Positions 18,093-27,482 of a stretch of DNA of 64,000 nt are shown piece by piece. Made by a program: the position numbers and the translations under genes. The notes beneath the pieces are model-generated. The model made no database searches and was not told where the DNA came from. It was given only the letters and a program-made list of their open reading frames with translations. Origin of the DNA: a virus (Duplodnaviria > Caudoviricetes); the IMG/VR virus record IMGVR_UViG_3300037258_000653, positions 1,353-65,352 of that record; one strand, written 5' to 3'. How positions within the stretch are numbered: the first letter of the stretch is position 1; each line of letters opens with the position of its first letter.

Positions 18093-21056
18093 TCACCACC
18101 TCTGGCCGAAGGTCCGCTGGACGCTGTCGGTGCCGCCGCCGCCGGTCGCGCGGACCTCGGCGCGCAGCAGCCGCAGCAGCACGTTCATCAGCGGCGCGTC
18201 GCCGCCTTCGGGGCGGAGCACGACCTGCACCGGCCGGCCGGAGCCGCCGCCGTAGCCGGCCAGGGCCGGGAACCCGCCGCCGGCCAGGCCGGGCATGCCG
18301 GGGACGGAGGGGAGCATCGCGCGGCCCATCCGCTGCGCCGCGGCGCGCAGGACGCCGCGCATGGAGTCCATGCCGTTGGCCAGGCCCAGGCCGAGCATCT
18401 GGCCGCGCTTGTGGCCTTCCTTCGAGGGGGAGGCGATGCCGAGGGCGCCCTCGATGCCGCGCAAGATCGACTTGCCGACGCCCTCGGCGGTCCGGACGAC
18501 GTAGGAGACCTGCGACTCGATGCCGTGGATCAGGCCCAGCAGCAGGTCCTGGCCGGCGCGCAGCAGCAGCCGGCCGAACCCGGCGACCGCGTGGAGGATG
18601 TCGCCGGGGAGCCGGCGGAAGAATCCGGTGACGTCGGAGACCATGTGCTCCGCTCCGGAGACGAGCTCGCGCCAGTGCCGGGCGACCCACAGGACGGCCA
18701 GGCCGACGGGGCCGGTCAGGATGGCCAGGACCAGCGTCCAGTGCGACCTGATCCAGGCGATCAGGTCCCCGATGCCCTGGATCAGGGGATGGATCATGCC
18801 GCCGTCGATGATGTGCCAGGCCTCGACGCCGATGGCGGCCACGACTTTCCAGGCGTCTTTCCAGAAGTCGCGGAAGGCCTTGCAGTGCTTCCACAGCTCG
18901 ATGAAGCCGATGACCAGCAGGGCGATGCCCTCGACGATCAGCCCGATCGGGGAGACGAGGAACGCCAGGTTCAGGCCGTCCTGCGCGACCTCGGCCTCGC
19001 CGCTGGCGGCGGCCTGCTCCTCGGTCGCCGCGGTCATCAGGCCGAGCTTCCCGGCCAGCCATTTCGCGCCGGACCCGACGGACTCGATGCCGGACTTGGT
19101 GCTGCTCAGCGCCCCGGCGAGCTTGCTGCCCAGCGCCCCGGCCAGGACGCTGCCCAGCATGACGGCCAGCGCGGCCGACGCGATCTTGTTCTTGGCGACG
19201 ACGTTCAGGAACCCGGTGAGGGGCTTCAGGACGGCGGTGACGGTCGGCAGCAGGGCCATGCCGAGGGAGTCGCCCATGGCCTCGGCGGCCTTGGCCGCGG
19301 ACCCGAGCTGGAAGTTGGCCTCGCCCTGGATCTTGGACCAGCCCTTGACGTCGCCGCCGGCCTTCCGCGCGGACCCGGCGATCGCCGAGACGTTCTTGCT
19401 GAAGGTCGCGGCGTGCGGGCCGGTGAGCATCAGGGCGGTGTTCAGGCCAGTGGCACCGCCCATCATCTTGCCCAGCGCCGCGGCGAAGGTCTGCGCGTCC
19501 GGGTTCCCGGAGGCCAGCAGCTGGTTGAAGCCGTGGGCCTTGTTCGCGACGGTCGCGAACTGGGTGGCCAGGTTCCTGACCAGCGGCGGAGCGGCCTTGG
19601 TCGCCTGGTACCACGTGTTGTAGGAGGTCTTGCCGTCCAGGTAGGACTGAGCCAGTGCCCGCATGGTCGGCGGGAGCTTCGACAGCATCGTCTGCGCATC
19701 CGCGGCCGCGGACCGGGACTGGTTGAACGTCTTGAGCAGGACGACACCGGACTTGCCCATCCGGCTGGTGATCTGCTCGGCGAGGTAGCCGATGGTGCCG
19801 GTCAGGCCCCGCTTCCCGAGTTGCTCGGAAACATGGACCGAGGAGATGCCGAACTGGCTCATCTCCTGGATCGCGACGTTGTTGGGAGCCAGCAGGGAAT
19901 GGATGCTGCTCGCCAGGTCCTGGGACGCCTGCCGGGCTGACATGCCCTGGCTGGTCATGGTGGCGATCGCGCCGGCGACCTGCGCGAAGGAGATATGCGC
20001 CGACGCGGCGATGGGCAGCACCGCGGACAGGCTCGAGGCCAGGTCCTGCATGGTCATCTTGCCCTGGCCGACCGCCGTCACCATCTCGTTGGTGAAGCTG
20101 GTGGCCTGGCTCGCCTTCAGCCCGTAGGCGTTCAGCCCGGAAGTGACCGCGTTGGCCACGTCGGCCAGGTCGGCGCCCTCGGCTTTCGCGCCCTCCGCGG
20201 CGGCCTTCAGGACCGTCAGGCCCTCCGCGCCGTGAAATCCGGCCGATTCGACCATGTACATGCCGCTGGCCAGCTCTTTCGACCCGGTGTCCGCCGAGGA
20301 GGACAGGGCCAGGATGCCGCGCTGGACCAGGCCGAGATTCTTCGCTGACTCCCCGGCCGAAGTGACGAGCTTCGTGGTTTCCTGCTGGAGGTTCGCGGCG
20401 CCTTTCACCGCGACGCCCATGCCGATGCCGACGCCGAGGGCGGCGAGCTTCAGCTTGCTGCCCCATCCGCTGGACGCCTCGGCTGCCTCGTCCTGCGCGG
20501 CGGCGACCTTCCGGGTCCGGGACGCGACCTCGGTGTCGGCGGCCTCGACCCTGGCCAGGGCGGCGGCCTGCTCGTCGGCGGAGGCGCCGGCGGTGCCGGC
20601 GAGCTCGCGCAGCGCGGCTTCCTGCCGGGCGGTGGCCTCGGTCAGGGCGTTCTGCTCGGCGCGGAGCCGCACGGCGGCGGCGGCCTGCCGGTCCATGGCG
20701 GCGGTCTCGGTGTCGTATCCTTCGGCGGCTTCCGCGGCGGCCTGCCGCTCGCGGGCTGACTGCTCCAGCTCGGCCTGCCCGAGCCGGACCTGGGCGTCCA
20801 TGGACCGCAGCACCGCCGCGGTGAGCTCGTTGTTCGCGGCGGCGAGCTCCTCCGCGGTGGCGGCCCCTGATTTCTCGAGGCCGGTCACCCGGGCCTGCGC
20901 GGCGGCTGCCTCGTCCTGGGCGGAGGTGAACTCGCCCATGGCGGCGGTGACCTTGGCCGCCATTTCCTCGGCGCTGATCGCGGTCTCGTCGAATCCGGCC
21001 GTCGCGGGGGCGCTGTCGGCGCTGATGAGGATCTTGACGACGTTCGCGTCACCCAT
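18093..21056 (-). CDS. Tape measure protein
   Basis: 987 aa, Ala-rich; TP901-type core; FIELWKHCKAFRDFWK; LGIASPSK. Confidence 0.95.
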   Translation of the reverse strand: MGDANVVKILISADSAPATAGFDETAISAEEMAAKVTAAMGEFTSAQDEAAAAQARVTGLEKSGAATAEELAAANNELTAAVLRSMDAQVRLGQAELEQSARERQAAAEAAEGYDTETAAMDRQAAAAVRLRAEQNALTEATARQEAALRELAGTAGASADEQAAALARVEAADTEVASRTRKVAAAQDEAAEASSGWGSKLKLAALGVGIGMGVAVKGAANLQQETTKLVTSAGESAKNLGLVQRGILALSSSADTGSKELASGMYMVESAGFHGAEGLTVLKAAAEGAKAEGADLADVANAVTSGLNAYGLKASQATSFTNEMVTAVGQGKMTMQDLASSLSAVLPIAASAHISFAQVAGAIATMTSQGMSARQASQDLASSIHSLLAPNNVAIQEMSQFGISSVHVSEQLGKRGLTGTIGYLAEQITSRMGKSGVVLLKTFNQSRSAAADAQTMLSKLPPTMRALAQSYLDGKTSYNTWYQATKAAPPLVRNLATQFATVANKAHGFNQLLASGNPDAQTFAAALGKMMGGATGLNTALMLTGPHAATFSKNVSAIAGSARKAGGDVKGWSKIQGEANFQLGSAAKAAEAMGDSLGMALLPTVTAVLKPLTGFLNVVAKNKIASAALAVMLGSVLAGALGSKLAGALSSTKSGIESVGSGAKWLAGKLGLMTAATEEQAAASGEAEVAQDGLNLAFLVSPIGLIVEGIALLVIGFIELWKHCKAFRDFWKDAWKVVAAIGVEAWHIIDGGMIHPLIQGIGDLIAWIRSHWTLVLAILTGPVGLAVLWVARHWRELVSGAEHMVSDVTGFFRRLPGDILHAVAGFGRLLLRAGQDLLLGLIHGIESQVSYVVRTAEGVGKSILRGIEGALGIASPSKEGHKRGQMLGLGLANGMDSMRGVLRAAAQRMGRAMLPSVPGMPGLAGGGFPALAGYGGGSGRPVQVVLRPEGGDAPLMNVLLRLLRAEVRATGGGGTDSVQRTFGQRW

Positions 21057-21300
21057 CTAGGTCCTCATCTCCCTCCGGCAGGTCAGGGCCGTCGGGCGCG
21101 GCGAGCGCCTCGATGGCCAGGAGCTTGAGCAGGTCCGCGTCGTGCGCGCGCACTTCTTCGGGGAGCTTGCGGAACCGGTCGCAGAGGCCGAGGATCAGCC
21201 GGGCTTCGGCGAGCTCCGGCGGCTCCGTGACGATTTCGCCAGTACTGGAGGAGCCGCCTCCGAGGTCTCGCCACCGGGTGATGCGGGCTGCGAGGTAGGG
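21049..21300 (-). CDS. Tail assembly chaperone -1 frameshift extension (gpT-like)
   Basis: Start-less -1 frame GPYLAARITRWR..EPPELAEARLILGLCDRFRKLPEE..LLKLLAIE; its TGA overlaps the start of the tape measure gene. Confidence 0.65.
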   Translation of the reverse strand, partial: PYLAARITRWRDLGGGSSSTGEIVTEPPELAEARLILGLCDRFRKLPEEVRAHDADLLKLLAIEALAAPDGPDLPEGDEDLDG

Positions 21301-21644
21301 TCCACGCCCGCGACTCCCTCGGCCCAGCGGGTGAAGATCTCCGAGACGACGGGGAAGTCGAGGCTGACCAGGCCGTCGTAGTCGGTGGTGACGGGCTCGC
21401 CTTCGCTGGTGATGTTCCAGGAGAGGAGCCGGCCGCCGAGGATCCGGAAGATCTTCTCCATGTCATCCGGCGGCGGCATCGCGGCCAGTCCGCTGCCCTG
21501 GCCGGCGAGCTTGCCGGCCAGCTTCATGATCTCCAGGAACGCCCCGGTGCTGGCGCCCCGCGCCCGGACCTCCATGCCCGCCCAGGCGGTGTCGTCGCCC
21601 CAGGTCAGGTCGTAGATCTTCGGCGCGGCCTCGAATGTGGTCAT
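21195..21644 (-). CDS. Tail assembly chaperone (gpG-like)
   Basis: Between the major tail and tape measure genes; LLSWNI..GEPV. Confidence 0.8.
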   Translation of the reverse strand: MTTFEAAPKIYDLTWGDDTAWAGMEVRARGASTGAFLEIMKLAGKLAGQGSGLAAMPPPDDMEKIFRILGGRLLSWNITSEGEPVTTDYDGLVSLDFPVVSEIFTRWAEGVAGVDPTSQPASPGGETSEAAPPVLAKSSRSRRSSPKPG

Positions 21645-21686
21645 GTCCTCGTGTCTCCCTTGCGGCGGCGGGTTGCGGGGGGCGGG

Positions 21687-22100
21687 TCAGGACCAGGTCG
21701 GCGTGGCGCCGTCGGCCAGCGCGCCCTCGCTGCTCCACGTCAGGTCGGCGCCCGATGCGCGGCTGACGTCGTAGGAGCTGAAGTAGGCGTTGAAGCCGAG
21801 CTGCGGGTGCGTGGACGCTGTCGGGGAGACCACGACGCCGCGGATCACCGAGGTCGAGGAGATGGTCGACAGGACGGCGTGCGACATGTTGGCCGCGGGG
21901 TTGACGACGCCCTTGAGGCTGATCGTCGCGTCGGCCAGCAGCAGCAGCCGCTGCCGGGCGTAGACGTCGACGCCGGTGGTGTCCTGCTCGGCGCGGGGGG
22001 TCGCCAGGGAGAACTCGTTGACGTCGTCGCTGATGTTCTGCGGGGTCTGGGTCGCGTCGGCGACCGACACGGCCGCGCCGAGGCCTGAGGTCTTTGCCAC
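21687..22100 (-). CDS. Major tail (tube) protein
   Basis: AKTSGLG..ATPRAEQDTTGVD..RLLLLADATISLKG..LADGATPTWS; position. Confidence 0.8.
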   Translation of the reverse strand: MAKTSGLGAAVSVADATQTPQNISDDVNEFSLATPRAEQDTTGVDVYARQRLLLLADATISLKGVVNPAANMSHAVLSTISSTSVIRGVVVSPTASTHPQLGFNAYFSSYDVSRASGADLTWSSEGALADGATPTWS

Positions 22101-22108
22101 TGGTCAGC

Positions 22109-22525
22109 TCACCCTTTCCGGTGCTCGCCGGCCAGCTGGCCGGCGTGGTCTTCGAGGTCGTGCATCCATGCGTCGATCGAGGCGTGGCGGGTGAGGACGT
22201 GGCGGCCGCAGCGGATGAGCCAGCTGCCGCGGCGGGTGCGGTGCTCGGTGAAGCACCGCTGGCCGGGCCCGAACCGGAACACGGTCAGGCCGCCCTCGGC
22301 GGTGCGGCCGCCGAGCTCGGTGAAGGTGCGGCCGGACTGGCCGGAGCGGATCCACACGGCGCCGTCGGCGCCCTCGGCGGTCCGCTCGTCGAGGGTGATG
22401 TCCCAGCCGTAGCGCCAGTTGTCGCACTCCACCTGGTGGCAGGCGGCGATGACGTACCGGTCGTGCGGCATCCTGACGACGTAGTCGCGGGTCGCGGGGC
22501 CGCGGTTCAGGAGCGCTGCTGGCAT
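22109..22525 (-). CDS. Hypothetical virion-module protein
   Basis: Coupled ORF; AACHQVEC..WRYGW..PGQRCF..H. Confidence 0.65.
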   Translation of the reverse strand: MPAALLNRGPATRDYVVRMPHDRYVIAACHQVECDNWRYGWDITLDERTAEGADGAVWIRSGQSGRTFTELGGRTAEGGLTVFRFGPGQRCFTEHRTRRGSWLIRCGRHVLTRHASIDAWMHDLEDHAGQLAGEHRKG

Positions 22526-22528
22526 GGC

Positions 22529-23491
22529 TTACCCCCAGGGAGCGGTGTTGCGGTTGACCACCACGGCGTACGTGGCGGAGCTGAAGGTGCCGGCGGAGAT
22601 GACCCGCAGGTACTGCTGCACGGCCTGGGTGACCGTCCCGGACCCCGCCGAGCTGCTGGCGATCGCGGAGCCGCCGGCGGTCGCGGCCACGCTGAACGAG
22701 GTCCCCGCCGGGCTGACGACGTAGTACGTCGTCCCGGCCGAGAACCCGCCGGGCAGGCTGTAGCCGGGGACGCCCGGCGCGGCCAGGGCCACGGGCGTGC
22801 CGGCGGCCAGGGCGCTGCCCGCCGCGGTGAACACCGCCGGGGTGCCCAGCGTCGCGGTGAACGGCCCGCTGAATGCCTGGACGCGCTGCGTCGCCGGCGC
22901 GGCGGTGAACGCGGTGAACGCGGCCAGCGCCGACCAGGTGGCGTTGTCGGGTGACTGCTGGACGGTGACGGTGACGCTCGTGCCGGTGAAGCTGGTGAGC
23001 TGCAGGTAGCACTGCGCGCCGAACAGCGTCCCTGCGCTGTTATTCAGCGCCGCGCCGTTGGCCGCGCCGGCGTCGGTGCGCAGGCCGGGGGTGAGCATGA
23101 GCCCCCAGTCCAGGGCGAATCCCTGGCCGTGCCCGTCGACCTTCATGGTCAGGCCGCCGTCGCCGGCGCGGGAAGGCGGGTAGTCGGCCTGCTTGGCGTT
23201 CAGGCACGCTGCGATGCTGCCGACGGCCATGGGCGGCAGCAGCGCGGTCAGCAGGACGTCGGTGCGGGGCAGCGCGGACAGCACCGGGTGGGCGTTCGCC
23301 GCGTCGAAGAACGAGGTGAACGACATGCTCCCGTCGAGCAGCGCGGCCAGCCGGGAGTGCGCGGACTGGGTGATGTCGGTGGCGTCCAGCAGGCCCATCC
23401 CGGCGGCGATGGAGTCCAGCGCGCTGATGTTCCCGGACAGGTCGTAGCCCCCGACGAGGAACCGGGCGCCGAGCCCGGACTGCTTGCTCAC
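22529..23491 (-). CDS. Tail-tube-like structural protein with an inserted beta domain
   Basis: N-terminus SKQSGLG resembles 21687-22100; insert shared with the fibre gene. Confidence 0.7.
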   Translation of the reverse strand: MSKQSGLGARFLVGGYDLSGNISALDSIAAGMGLLDATDITQSAHSRLAALLDGSMSFTSFFDAANAHPVLSALPRTDVLLTALLPPMAVGSIAACLNAKQADYPPSRAGDGGLTMKVDGHGQGFALDWGLMLTPGLRTDAGAANGAALNNSAGTLFGAQCYLQLTSFTGTSVTVTVQQSPDNATWSALAAFTAFTAAPATQRVQAFSGPFTATLGTPAVFTAAGSALAAGTPVALAAPGVPGYSLPGGFSAGTTYYVVSPAGTSFSVAATAGGSAIASSSAGSGTVTQAVQQYLRVISAGTFSSATYAVVVNRNTAPWG

Positions 23492-23940
23492 GGGCTCAGC
23501 CCCCAGAGGTCGTCAACTACAACTGGCAGGGTTATCTGCAGGACGCGGAACTGCTTGCCTTCCTGGGTCACGTAGAGGGGCTCGGCGCGCAGGCTGAACA
23601 GGTCGATCTCGCGGACCAGGCCGCCGAGGGTGAAGTTGCCGGAGTACTCCGCGAGCAGGGCGCTGGCCGCGGCCAGGATGGCGGGGTCGATGCCGTCGAG
23701 GGGCTTCTGCGTCATCGGGTCGAAGATCATCACCAGGAAGGTGATGGTCCCGCTGACCGAGCTGAGCCCGGACTTGCTGCCGTCGGGGACGACCGGGCCC
23801 AGGGTGATGGAGCAGGACAGGGCGCTCCCCGGCGAGCTCCGCGGCTCGTGGGTGTTGACCCGCGCGAACAGGTTGAGCTTCGAGGCGTGGGATTCCAGGG
23901 CGTCGAACAGCGCCTTCGCGGCCGCGGCGTCGAAGGCCAT
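23488..23940 (-). CDS. Tail terminator-like protein
   Basis: FARVNTHEPRSSPG..YSGNFTLGGLVREIDL..ITLPVVVDDLW; position. Confidence 0.7.
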   Translation of the reverse strand: MAFDAAAAKALFDALESHASKLNLFARVNTHEPRSSPGSALSCSITLGPVVPDGSKSGLSSVSGTITFLVMIFDPMTQKPLDGIDPAILAAASALLAEYSGNFTLGGLVREIDLFSLRAEPLYVTQEGKQFRVLQITLPVVVDDLWGLSP

Positions 23941-24347
23941 CAGGCACCGCCGCCGAGCTTCTCGATGAGGGCGGCCATCTGGGCCCGGGCGAACGGGGTG
24001 ACCTGCCGGCGCATCCGCAGCCGGGTGCGCCGGAAGGTGTGGTAGCCGCGGAACCCGGTGGACTGGTTGCGCTGGCTGGTGCCCTCCAGCCACGGCCAGG
24101 AGTACTCGCCCTTGCGGATGCCGCCGAAAATGATCATCCCGTCGCCGTCGCCGGCGATGCTGACGCCGCCGGCGGCGGCGCCGGTGCCGCCCCGCCCGGA
24201 CTTGTCCATCCGCTCGGTGTCCAGCTGGATCCAGGTCTGGCCGATCTCGGCGACCTCGACGGCCAGGGCGCGGCCGAACTGGCGGACGGCGGCCGCGGCG
24301 CGGGCGTCGAACACCGGGCCGCTGATCGAGACCTTCGTGGTGGCCAT
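23940..24347 (-). CDS. HK97 gp10-like neck protein
   Basis: YSWPWLEGTSQRNQSTGFRGYHTFR; position. Confidence 0.7.
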   Translation of the reverse strand: MATTKVSISGPVFDARAAAAVRQFGRALAVEVAEIGQTWIQLDTERMDKSGRGGTGAAAGGVSIAGDGDGMIIFGGIRKGEYSWPWLEGTSQRNQSTGFRGYHTFRRTRLRMRRQVTPFARAQMAALIEKLGGGA

Positions 24348-24940
24348 CAGCCCGCTCCCCCGGCTGGCGGGAAGCCAGGCGGCCGGCGCGGCGGCCCGGC
24401 CGGGCGCGTGCCGGCGGCCGGGGCAGCGGCGGACGGCGGGACCATGCGCTCCGCGCCGGCCGCCAGGTCACCGCCTGCTGGCGGCCCGCCCTCGGTGCCG
24501 TTCCCTGCCGGAGCGGCGGCGGTCGCCGGCGCACGGGCGGCGAGCAGCGCGGCGACGTGCCTCTTCATGTCCTGGTGCCGGGCGTCCGCGGCGTCTGACT
24601 GCCGCTTCTCGGCGGCCGCGGCGTGCTCAGCGACCTTCGCCGAGGTTCGCTTCGCGGCGTGCCGGGCGGTCAGCACGCCGAGGACCGCGGCGGACAGCGG
24701 CACGCCGGTGAGGATCACCAGCGTGATCGCGGCCCGGCCGCCGGGCGACGCCGGGCCGGCGTCGCAGCCGGCGGTCGCCGCGGTGCCCACCGCGCAGTAC
24801 AGGCCGTGCCAGAACGACAGGTGCCACGCCGCTGACAGCAGCCACCCCGCGGCCGCCAGGTAGCCGACGGCCCCGGCGGCGGCCCCGGCGCGCCTCGTCG
24901 TCACCGCGGCCCGCGCGGCCGCCAGGCGCCGGGCCGTCAT
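24347..24940 (-). CDS. KcsA-like two-TM ion-channel pore domain with a degenerate filter
   Basis: TM1-SFWHGLYCAVGTAATAGCDAGPASPGGR-TM2 aligns by eye to the KcsA pore helix/filter/TM2; ATGA overlap. Confidence 0.7.
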   Translation of the reverse strand: MTARRLAAARAAVTTRRAGAAAGAVGYLAAAGWLLSAAWHLSFWHGLYCAVGTAATAGCDAGPASPGGRAAITLVILTGVPLSAAVLGVLTARHAAKRTSAKVAEHAAAAEKRQSDAADARHQDMKRHVAALLAARAPATAAAPAGNGTEGGPPAGGDLAAGAERMVPPSAAAPAAGTRPAGPPRRPPGFPPAGGAG

Positions 24941-25380
24941 GTCAGTCCCCCGGCGGCGCAGACCAGCGCGCCGAGGACCAGCAGGCCGTAGGTCTGGGCG
25001 ACGGCCAGGGCGCCGCGCTCGGGCCGCAGCCACGCGATCACCCCGGCCTCGGCCGCGGTCAGGGCCAGCGACACCGCCACGGCGGCGGTGCCTGCCCAGG
25101 CCAGGAACGGCAGCGCGGGGATGATCGCCCCGGCCGCTGAGGCGATGCCGCAGGCCAGGGCCGGGGCGGCCCGGCGGCCGTTGGCCAGCCACATCGGGCC
25201 GGCCATTCCGACGAGCTCGGCCAGGCCGTCGGACAGCGCGGCGTGCCAGATGCCGCCCCGTCCCTGCCGGGCGATGATCATCCCGGCGACCAGGCCGAGG
25301 ACGAGGATCGCGCCGTCCGCGGCGCCGAGGACCATCGCGGAGCGGGTGCCGCCGGGCAGCGGCGGCGCGGCGGCCGTCAC
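24937..25380 (-). CDS. Minimal VIT1/CCC1-family transporter-like membrane protein
   Basis: VLGAADG..LGLVAG; LAELVGMAG..WLA; A.GAIIPALPF; five hydrophobic segments. Confidence 0.7.
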   Translation of the reverse strand: MTAAAPPLPGGTRSAMVLGAADGAILVLGLVAGMIIARQGRGGIWHAALSDGLAELVGMAGPMWLANGRRAAPALACGIASAAGAIIPALPFLAWAGTAAVAVSLALTAAEAGVIAWLRPERGALAVAQTYGLLVLGALVCAAGGLT

Positions 25381-25733
25381 GGCGCGCCGCCGCAGGTGAC
25401 CTCGTCGCCGGGCTTGGCGACCCGGTCGCGGGGCGGCAGCTCGTACAGCGGCAGCCCGCAGCACGGCGTCATGCCGTCGCCGTCGTCCGGCGGGCAGGCG
25501 TGCGCCACGATGACCCTGCGGCCGGTGATCGCCGGCTGGCCGTCGTCGTCGCGGGCCATCCGCAGCTCGACGTCGCGGCCCTCCAGCTCCGGCGGCGCGG
25601 CGGGGTCGTCCAGGTCGTGCCAGTGCGCGCCGGTGCCGTCGGCGTCCAGCGACGGGCCGAGGGTGACACCGGCCGGCCACACCATGCCCATCCCGAGGTA
25701 GGCACCGGGGATGAGGACGCGGTAGGTGGTCAT
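25377..25733 (-). CDS. Hypothetical protein
   Basis: RBS aggagg; HACPP..TPCCG..VTC motif. Confidence 0.6.
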   Translation of the reverse strand: MTTYRVLIPGAYLGMGMVWPAGVTLGPSLDADGTGAHWHDLDDPAAPPELEGRDVELRMARDDDGQPAITGRRVIVAHACPPDDGDGMTPCCGLPLYELPPRDRVAKPGDEVTCGGAP

Positions 25734-25749
25734 CGGGGCTGCCTCCTGG

Positions 25750-26892
25750 TCATATGGCGTCGATCCGGGCCATGCGCCCGCAGGCGGTGCGGGCCTCGTC
25801 CCACAGCTCGGCGAGGGCCGCCCCGGACGCGGGCACCGCTGACTCGCCGGAGCCGGTGACGCGGGCGTAGCCGGAGGTCTCCTGGAGGATCTGGACGGAT
25901 GCCTCGGCGATGGCCAGGTCGCGGATCAGGCTGGGGTACCGGTGCTTGGACACGGCCGTGGCGGTGTCCCAGGACTGGGCGGTCGTGCCGAGGAAGCCGC
26001 GCTGCACCGTCAGGGACCGGTAGGCCCAGATGTCGTCGCCGGAGTGCTCCTGCACCGGGGTGCCGTTAAAGCCCCGGGTGACCGTGGCCACGGCGGCCTG
26101 GACGCGCAGGACGAGCATCTGCTCGGTGCCCGCCAGCAGGACCTCGCCCTGCGCCGGCGCTGTGCCGGTGCCTGACCACTGGAGCTGGGTGTCGCCGACG
26201 CTGGCGGTGGTGCAGCCCGAGCCGGCCATGTCCAGCCCGGTGTCGGCGCCCTGCCGGCCGGACACCAGGATCCGCTCGCCGAGGTAGGGCGCGATCAGCC
26301 CGGCGTGGCCCAGGGCGTCGCCGGGGAACGGCGCCTCGCCGCGGCCGTAGCCGAGGATCAGCAGGTCCCCGACGCCGACCGGCCCGGCGGAGGCGACCTC
26401 GATCGTGGTGTCCGAGGAGCCGATCCCGGCGTTGAGGGTGGTGACCTGGTCAGCGTCGGCGGTGAAGTTCCACGTGCCCGTCGCCATGATCGCGTTCTGC
26501 GGCGTGGAGGAATTCCCGCCGAACGTCGCCGACCCGGACCGGTCCAGCTCGATCGACGTCCAGGGGAAGCCGGGCCGCTTGTTCGCCGGCCGCAGGAAGC
26601 ACTGGTCCAGGCCTATGGCCACGCCGCCGGAGACGAGCGAGGTGAGGCACAGGACCTCGTCGCGGCGCAGCTTCAGCTTCCACGGGGACACCCACTGGTA
26701 GTTCGGCCAGTCCCACCACTTCGTCCCGTCCCACGGGTAGTAGAGCCGGTGGAACTCGCCCTCGATCTTCCGGGACGCGGTGGTGATCGCCCGGTCGGAC
26801 CTGCCCTGGATATCGGCGGTGATCCCGTCGCGGAAGTCGATCGCGCCCTGGACGTCCTCCCGCGAGCAGTACGCCGGCTCGTAGACCGTCAC
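25750..26892 (-). CDS. Head-to-tail adaptor
   Basis: YCSREDV..RAITTASRKIE..PSLIRDLAIAEA; downstream of the capsid genes. Confidence 0.75.
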   Translation of the reverse strand: MTVYEPAYCSREDVQGAIDFRDGITADIQGRSDRAITTASRKIEGEFHRLYYPWDGTKWWDWPNYQWVSPWKLKLRRDEVLCLTSLVSGGVAIGLDQCFLRPANKRPGFPWTSIELDRSGSATFGGNSSTPQNAIMATGTWNFTADADQVTTLNAGIGSSDTTIEVASAGPVGVGDLLILGYGRGEAPFPGDALGHAGLIAPYLGERILVSGRQGADTGLDMAGSGCTTASVGDTQLQWSGTGTAPAQGEVLLAGTEQMLVLRVQAAVATVTRGFNGTPVQEHSGDDIWAYRSLTVQRGFLGTTAQSWDTATAVSKHRYPSLIRDLAIAEASVQILQETSGYARVTGSGESAVPASGAALAELWDEARTACGRMARIDAI

Positions 26893-27482
26893 GGCCAGGT
26901 CACCGTCCAGGCCTCCCCGTCCGGCACCGCGCCGAGCCCGGCCAGGTCATGCAGCTCGCCCCACGACCAGACCGCGCCGGACGGGTCGACGGCGAGCGCG
27001 TGCGGGCCGCCGGGCAGCTCGGCGCCGATGATCAGCCCGGCGGCCCCGGTCACGTGAAGCCCGGATAGCTCTTCGAGGAGGTCATGGGGCATCACCTCCT
27101 CGAAGGCGGGCCGGCAGCCCGCCAGGCCCGCGGCGGCGGCCGCGCGCAGCGCGCCGGCGATGCTGACGCCCTGATCCGCGGTGCCGCCGGCAGCGAAGTG
27201 CAGGGCGAGCACGTCGTCGCCGGTGACCCGCTGGCCGGCCAGCCGCAGCGAGGCCGCGAGGGCCTCGGCGCAGCAGCAGTCGGCGTCCGCGGGGGCCAGC
27301 GCGAGGCCGCGCCTGGTGCCGTGCTTGCGGGAGGTCGTCTTGTGCTTCTTGGTGCCGTCTTCCCGGTGCTTGGCCGGCTGCATGGGGTGGGTGGCGAGGC
27401 CGCCGGGCAGCTTCTGCTGGCGCAGCACGGGGATTGTCGGGGGCTTGGCGGTCTTCCCGACGCGGACCCTGAGCTTGGTCAT
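26889..27482 (-). CDS. Hypothetical protein, possibly a papain/C39-like Cys-His protein
   Basis: Basic N-terminus; DCCCAEALA..GPHALAV..VWSWG. Confidence 0.5.
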   Translation of the reverse strand: MTKLRVRVGKTAKPPTIPVLRQQKLPGGLATHPMQPAKHREDGTKKHKTTSRKHGTRRGLALAPADADCCCAEALAASLRLAGQRVTGDDVLALHFAAGGTADQGVSIAGALRAAAAAGLAGCRPAFEEVMPHDLLEELSGLHVTGAAGLIIGAELPGGPHALAVDPSGAVWSWGELHDLAGLGAVPDGEAWTVTWP

